Assembly: GCA_047601445.1 (NCBI GenBank)
Contig: JASGJH010000001.1
Coordinates: 5,024,001-5,088,000 of the forward strand
Direction: 5' to 3'
Length of the DNA: 64,000 bases
Source of the DNA: Myxococcales bacterium
GTDB lineage: Bacteria > Myxococcota_A > Polyangia > Polyangiales > DASUME01
Positions 59,696 to 64,000 of this stretch are shown here, piece after piece. The translations under genes were made by a program, and so were the position numbers. The notes under the pieces are model-generated. The model did no database searches. It was not told the DNA's origin and saw only the letters and a list, made by a program, of their open reading frames with translations. Numbering within the stretch: position 1 is the first letter of the stretch; every line of letters begins with the position of its first letter.

Positions 59696-59711
59696 TGCAC
59701 GGCGCATGCCA
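59696..59711 (-). promoter_or_regulatory. sigma54 promoter
   Basis: Minus strand TGGCATGCGCCGTGCA. Confidence 0.6.
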
Positions 59712-59869
59712 GGGGAGTTCCCTCACGTCGCAGGCCTCGGGCGTGACTGGCTCGAAAAGCCTGAAAGCTATCGAAACTCTCGGAAAGCCCGCCTGTTTTG
59801 GGGCCGCCCTGGGACCTGGGCCAGGCCCCCTCCCGCTCCCGTCCATCGATCGATCGGTCCAACCCCGAT

Positions 59870-59907
59870 GTGCAAACCTTGCACCAGCAAGCGTGCAGAA
59901 GGTGCGC
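59870..59907. promoter_or_regulatory. Tandem activator sites (GTGCA-N5-TGC(A/G)C)
   Basis: GTGCAAACCTTGCAC (59870) and GTGCAGAAGGTGCGC (59893). Confidence 0.55.
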
Positions 59908-60076
59908 AGTGTTCGGTATTTCTTGTGGATTTCAGGGACTCAGGTGGATCGAATGCGGGCCTGGTGAGCGGGTGCAGCGAGCCCGCTCGAGCGGTGCGCG
60001 CGACCTGAGAGACCCACACCGCAGCAGGCGTGCGCAGGTCCAGATAGCCGCCGCTGGCCCCCAAAGTCCACCAGCC

Positions 60077-61201
60077 TCACAGACCCTTCAGGCGAAACCA
60101 GCCGTTGATCCCCGGCATCGAGAACCCGGACTTCATGCGGACGAAGGCCGGGAGCAGGGCCACCGAAAGGACCAGCAGTGCGCTCAGGGTCTCCATGGGC
60201 TGGTCGGCGTCCTCCCGGGTCTCCTCGAGGGATTGAACCAGGAAGGCGAGGAACGCAGGCCAAGCGGTGCACACGAAGACCCGCGTCCCGTCGCGGGTCG
60301 CGAGCGTCACGAGGCCCGGGACGAGGAGCATCCCGAGGGCGACGCGCCGCTTGCGAGCGGTACTGGCCGGGTCCAACAGGAGCCACCCGGCGACGAGCAG
60401 CCAAGCGGCCCCGTAGCAAGCGTAGAGACCCATGGTTCCGGATTGCATGGCGACGCGCAGCGAGAGCCCGAGCGCAGCCGGAAGGATCTCGAGCCGCGTG
60501 TCCCCCGTGTGCGCCGAGAGTGCCGCGTAGAGCATGCAACAGACCGCCGATGCGCCAAGGCCGAGGGCCCCTGGGATGACGACTCGACGAGGCCGCGAGC
60601 CCCACGCAACGATCAGCCACGCAGCTGCTGCGACCAGAGCTTGCTCGGGATTCGCCGCTCCGATCACGATGCCCCCGAGGGCCGCAACGACGGGAGAGGG
60701 CGCGAGCCCCAACAGCGTGCCGCCGAGAATGGTGTACACGTCGTAGTGCTCGCGAGGATTCAGCAACACACTTGGCATCGAGCTCGCCGAGATCCAGAGC
60801 AGCGCGAGACGGCCTCTCGGACCCGTTCCAAGCGTCACGAAGGTAAGCGTTGCGGCCAGGAGCAAAGCGCCAGCGGTGAGGCCCGCGTGGAGCAGCTTCC
60901 ACTGAGTCAGGCTCTCCAGGCCGAGCAGCTTGGGCAGCGCGAAGATCACGAGCCCATGGCAGCGAAAGTCGGCCGTGGTCACCGACAGATCTGCGAAGCA
61001 CTTGAGCGTGGGATCCGTGGCCGGGTTGAAATTGAAGCCGTGCGCTCCATTGCGAAGCAGCATGACGCCAGCCACGAGCGCCGTGAACCACGCGACGTGG
61101 ATGCGGTAGACGTCTGCCAGGATCCGCCCCTCGATGGCACGCCAGCGGGAGCGAGCGGGAGCTAGACGCGCTGGCTTCAACACCACTTCGTGGAGGCTCA
61201 T
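60077..61201 (-). CDS. Polytopic membrane protein (paralog of 54674-55726)
   Basis: DFRCH, YDVY, NPEQ, QSGTMGLYAC, DGTRVF. Confidence 0.7.
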   Translation of the reverse strand: MSLHEVVLKPARLAPARSRWRAIEGRILADVYRIHVAWFTALVAGVMLLRNGAHGFNFNPATDPTLKCFADLSVTTADFRCHGLVIFALPKLLGLESLTQWKLLHAGLTAGALLLAATLTFVTLGTGPRGRLALLWISASSMPSVLLNPREHYDVYTILGGTLLGLAPSPVVAALGGIVIGAANPEQALVAAAAWLIVAWGSRPRRVVIPGALGLGASAVCCMLYAALSAHTGDTRLEILPAALGLSLRVAMQSGTMGLYACYGAAWLLVAGWLLLDPASTARKRRVALGMLLVPGLVTLATRDGTRVFVCTAWPAFLAFLVQSLEETREDADQPMETLSALLVLSVALLPAFVRMKSGFSMPGINGWFRLKGL

Positions 61202-61309
61202 GGCTCGAGGCTTTCCGTCGTCGTCTGCAAAACGCGGCAATATGGCCGCGAATGCTCACGACTTCGAGCCCAGCCCCCAGGAAGGTAGGGGTGAAGCGCT
61301 CGACGTGAG

Positions 61310-62701
61310 TCAGGGCTTCAGATGAATCGAGCGCGTCCGCGTGAGCTGATCGAACCCGAGCACGCTCAAGCTATGCCCTCTTCCCGACTGGTTCACGCCG
61401 CTCCAGGGTAGGCGCGGATCCACGTGGTCGCAGCGGTTCATGAACACGGTGCCGAAGTTCAGCTCGCGGGCGAAGCGCTCGGCGCGCTGGCTGTCGTTGG
61501 TCCACACGCTGGCGGTGAGTCCGTATTCGGAGTCGTTCATCGCCTTCAAAGCCTCTTCGTCCGACTTCACCTTCTGGATGGCCAGGATGGGACCGAACTG
61601 TTCGTCGCGCATCACGCGGGCGCTCTGCGGCACGTCGGCCAACACAGTGGGCATGAAGAAACGGCCACGCTCACCCACCTGGGTGCGCTCGCCGCCAACC
61701 ACCAGGCGCGCTCCTGCGCGCACGGCCTCGCGTACCAGGGCCTCGAGCTCCGCCACATGATGCGGCTGCGCCACGGGGCCGAGCGAGGTGTTGGGGTCGA
61801 GCGGATCCCCGAGCACGTAGGCCTCGGCGAGCTTCTTCGCGCCCTCCACGAAGGCGTCGTAGTGCTTCTCGTGCACGTAGGCGCGCTCCACCGCGCAGCA
61901 GCTCTGGCCCGCGTTGTACATGGCGCCATCCACCAGGTTCTCCACGGCGCGCGCCACGTCGGCGTCCTCTGCCACGTAGGCCGGGTCGTTGCCGCCGAGC
62001 TCGTAGCCAATCTGCAGGAAGCGCCCTGCGGCCGCCTCGCTCACCTTGCGTCCACCCAGCACGGAGCCGGTGAACACCACGTGATCCACGCGCGGATCGG
62101 CCACCATCTTGGCGGTGAGCTCGTGCGTGCAATCCAGGGCCTGCACGATGCGCGGATCGGCACCCGCCTCGGCGAACGCTTCAGCGAACATGGGGCCACA
62201 CAGCGGCGAGCGCGGCGAGTGCTTCACGATCACCGCATTGCCAGCGAGCACGGCGGGCATCACCACGTTGACCGCCGTCAACAGCGGGTAGTTCCAGGCG
62301 GGCAAGTCGAGCACCACACCGAGGGGCACCTTGATGATGCGGCGCGTGATCCCGTCATCCCCAGCGACCTCGATGGGAGCCAAGCCCTTGTCGGCCTGCT
62401 CGATCATCGCGCGCGCTCGCACTGCCATGGTGCGTAGCTCGCCCTGGGCCTGCTTCTCGGGCTTGCCCATCATGCGACTGATCTCGGCGCAGTAGCGCTC
62501 TGCGCGCGACTCCATCACCTGCGTGGCACGCTCCACCAACACCTTGCGATCGGCCAGCGACATCGCCTGCACGATGCGGGCCCCCTCTCGGGCTCGCGCG
62601 AGGAGCTGGTCGATCTGCTCCCAGTCCGCGAGCGGCACCTCGCATGCGAGGTTGAGCGTGAAGGGATTGTCGACTTTGAGGGTTCCGGCTGAGCTCGTCA
62701 T
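61310..62701 (-). CDS. Aldehyde dehydrogenase family protein
   Basis: AWNYP, FTGS, ELGG, NAGQSCC, EQFGP. Confidence 0.93.
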   Translation of the reverse strand: MTSSAGTLKVDNPFTLNLACEVPLADWEQIDQLLARAREGARIVQAMSLADRKVLVERATQVMESRAERYCAEISRMMGKPEKQAQGELRTMAVRARAMIEQADKGLAPIEVAGDDGITRRIIKVPLGVVLDLPAWNYPLLTAVNVVMPAVLAGNAVIVKHSPRSPLCGPMFAEAFAEAGADPRIVQALDCTHELTAKMVADPRVDHVVFTGSVLGGRKVSEAAAGRFLQIGYELGGNDPAYVAEDADVARAVENLVDGAMYNAGQSCCAVERAYVHEKHYDAFVEGAKKLAEAYVLGDPLDPNTSLGPVAQPHHVAELEALVREAVRAGARLVVGGERTQVGERGRFFMPTVLADVPQSARVMRDEQFGPILAIQKVKSDEEALKAMNDSEYGLTASVWTNDSQRAERFARELNFGTVFMNRCDHVDPRLPWSGVNQSGRGHSLSVLGFDQLTRTRSIHLKP

Positions 62702-62831
62702 TGCCGCGGGATGATCGCGCAGAGCTCGAGCTTGTTCAAGGCCACGGCGAGCTCGGCGAAGGCAAAAGCGAAGACCGCCCCAGCCCGTAGCCGGATAGGG
62801 CGAAAGCGAAAAAGCGAAAACCGTCCCCTGC

Positions 62832-64000
62832 TCAGAGAAGGCGGCGGAGCCAGCCCTCTTTCGATTCCGTGTAGGGCGGGTAGGCAAAGCTCGGGTCGAT
62901 GAAGGAGCCCTTTTTCAGGACTGCCTTTTTGTGACTGAATGTGTCGAACGAGTGTTTGCCGTGGTAGGCGCCCATGCCGCTCTCGCCCACGCCCCCGAAT
63001 GGCAGGGAGTGCACGCCCAGGTGGATCATGGCGTGGTTCATCACCATGCCGCCCGAGCTGGTGCGAGACACGACCTGCTCGTAGGACGCATCGCTGCCCG
63101 AGAACAGGTAAAGTGCGAGGGGCTTGGGACGCGCGTTGATGAACCCGATGGCTTGCTCGAGGTTGTCCACCTTGATCACCGGCAGGATGGGCCCGAAGAT
63201 TTCGTCCCGCATGATGGGCGCCTCGGGGCCGACGCCGGTGAGGATGGTGGGCGCGAGATAGCGATCCGACTCATCCCCCACGCCGCCGACTGCCACCTCT
63301 CCGCTGCCCGGGAGCAAGCTCATCAAGCGGCGATGATGGCGCGCGTTCACGATGCGCCCGTAGTCCTTGCTGCGCTGGGGGTCCTCGCCGAAGAACTCCT
63401 TGAGGGTGTCCTTCAGCTTCGTCACGAATGCGTCGTGCACGGAGGCGTGCACGAGCAGGTAGTCCGGCGCCACGCAGGTCTGACCGCAGTTGTAGAACTT
63501 GGTCCAGGCCACGCGGCGAGCGCCCACCTCGAGATCCACGCTTTCGTCGATGATGCACGGGCTCTTGCCGCCCAGCTCGAGCGTGACCGGCGTGAGGTGC
63601 TTGGCCGCGGCTTGCATCACGATGCGTCCCACGGTGCCGTTGCCGGTGTAGAAGATGTGATCGAAGCGCTGGGCCAGGAGCTCGGTGGTCTCGGGCACGG
63701 CGCCCTCCACCACGGCCACAGCCTCTTGATCGAGGTACTTGGGCAAGAGACGCGCGAGCAGCGCGCTGGTGGCCGGCGCGACCTCGGAGGGCTTCACCAC
63801 CACGCAGTTACCCGCCGCGAGTGCCCCTGCGATGGGGTTGATGGCCAATGAGAAGGGATAGTTCCAGGGCGTGATCACCAGCACCACGCCGAGCGGCTCG
63901 CGCACGATGCGGCTCTTGCCGGGCATGGCGGCCACCGCCGTGGACACGCGCTCGGGCTTCATCCACTTGCGCAGGTTCTTCTTGATGTACTTGGTGCCGT
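62832..64000 (-). CDS. Aldehyde dehydrogenase (ALDH3 / coniferyl-aldehyde type); 5' end outside the window
   Basis: PWNYP, FYTG, LELGGKSP, NCGQTC, EIFGP, PKPLALY, LPFGGVG.SGMG.YHG. Confidence 0.93.
   Translation of the reverse strand, partial: GTKYIKKNLRKWMKPERVSTAVAAMPGKSRIVREPLGVVLVITPWNYPFSLAINPIAGALAAGNCVVVKPSEVAPATSALLARLLPKYLDQEAVAVVEGAVPETTELLAQRFDHIFYTGNGTVGRIVMQAAAKHLTPVTLELGGKSPCIIDESVDLEVGARRVAWTKFYNCGQTCVAPDYLLVHASVHDAFVTKLKDTLKEFFGEDPQRSKDYGRIVNARHHRRLMSLLPGSGEVAVGGVGDESDRYLAPTILTGVGPEAPIMRDEIFGPILPVIKVDNLEQAIGFINARPKPLALYLFSGSDASYEQVVSRTSSGGMVMNHAMIHLGVHSLPFGGVGESGMGAYHGKHSFDTFSHKKAVLKKGSFIDPSFAYPPYTESKEGWLRRLL

Noticed and set aside
62755..62830. REP-like GTAGCCGGATAGGGCG hairpin with AAAGCG repeats between the two ALDH genes
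   Set aside because: It occurs once in the window and its resemblance to enterobacterial REP is probably chance; it may be a simple intercistronic hairpin.

Overview
This is a 64-kb, high-GC chromosomal window from a myxobacterium (Myxococcota, probably Polyangiales-like), judged from MYXO-CTERM proteins, GD-repeat VWA lipoproteins, an FHA-sigma54 activator, a Ser/Thr kinase and a DUF1552/DUF1592 pair. It holds about 45 genes, including kefF-kefC, ruvA-ruvB, rpe, an accessory fabH-acp-fabF operon, an OPT transporter and two aldehyde dehydrogenases. I found no rRNA, tRNA, CRISPR array, integrase or transposase. The main observations are as follows. (1) A sigma54-driven operon encodes a KamA-type 2,3-aminomutase, a DmpA/BapA-type aminopeptidase and a Ddl-like ATP-grasp ligase, a candidate make-and-break system for beta-amino-acid peptides. 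It lies next to an NtrC-like activator with a degenerate receiver domain, and a GTGCA-N5-TGCAC motif recurs at two other promoters. (2) A dispersed ~250-bp non-coding element has a conserved ~165-bp core enclosed by long inverted arms that differ between copies yet stay self-complementary. Each copy is trailed by short tandem repeats, and the copies punctuate accessory genes. (3) Three separate +1 frameshifts all fall in the same GAGATC context, which suggests a methylation-linked sequencing error. (4) There is a CTAG-flanked MITE-like hairpin and a shared AraC operator. All functional calls come from motif recognition by eye; no database search was run.
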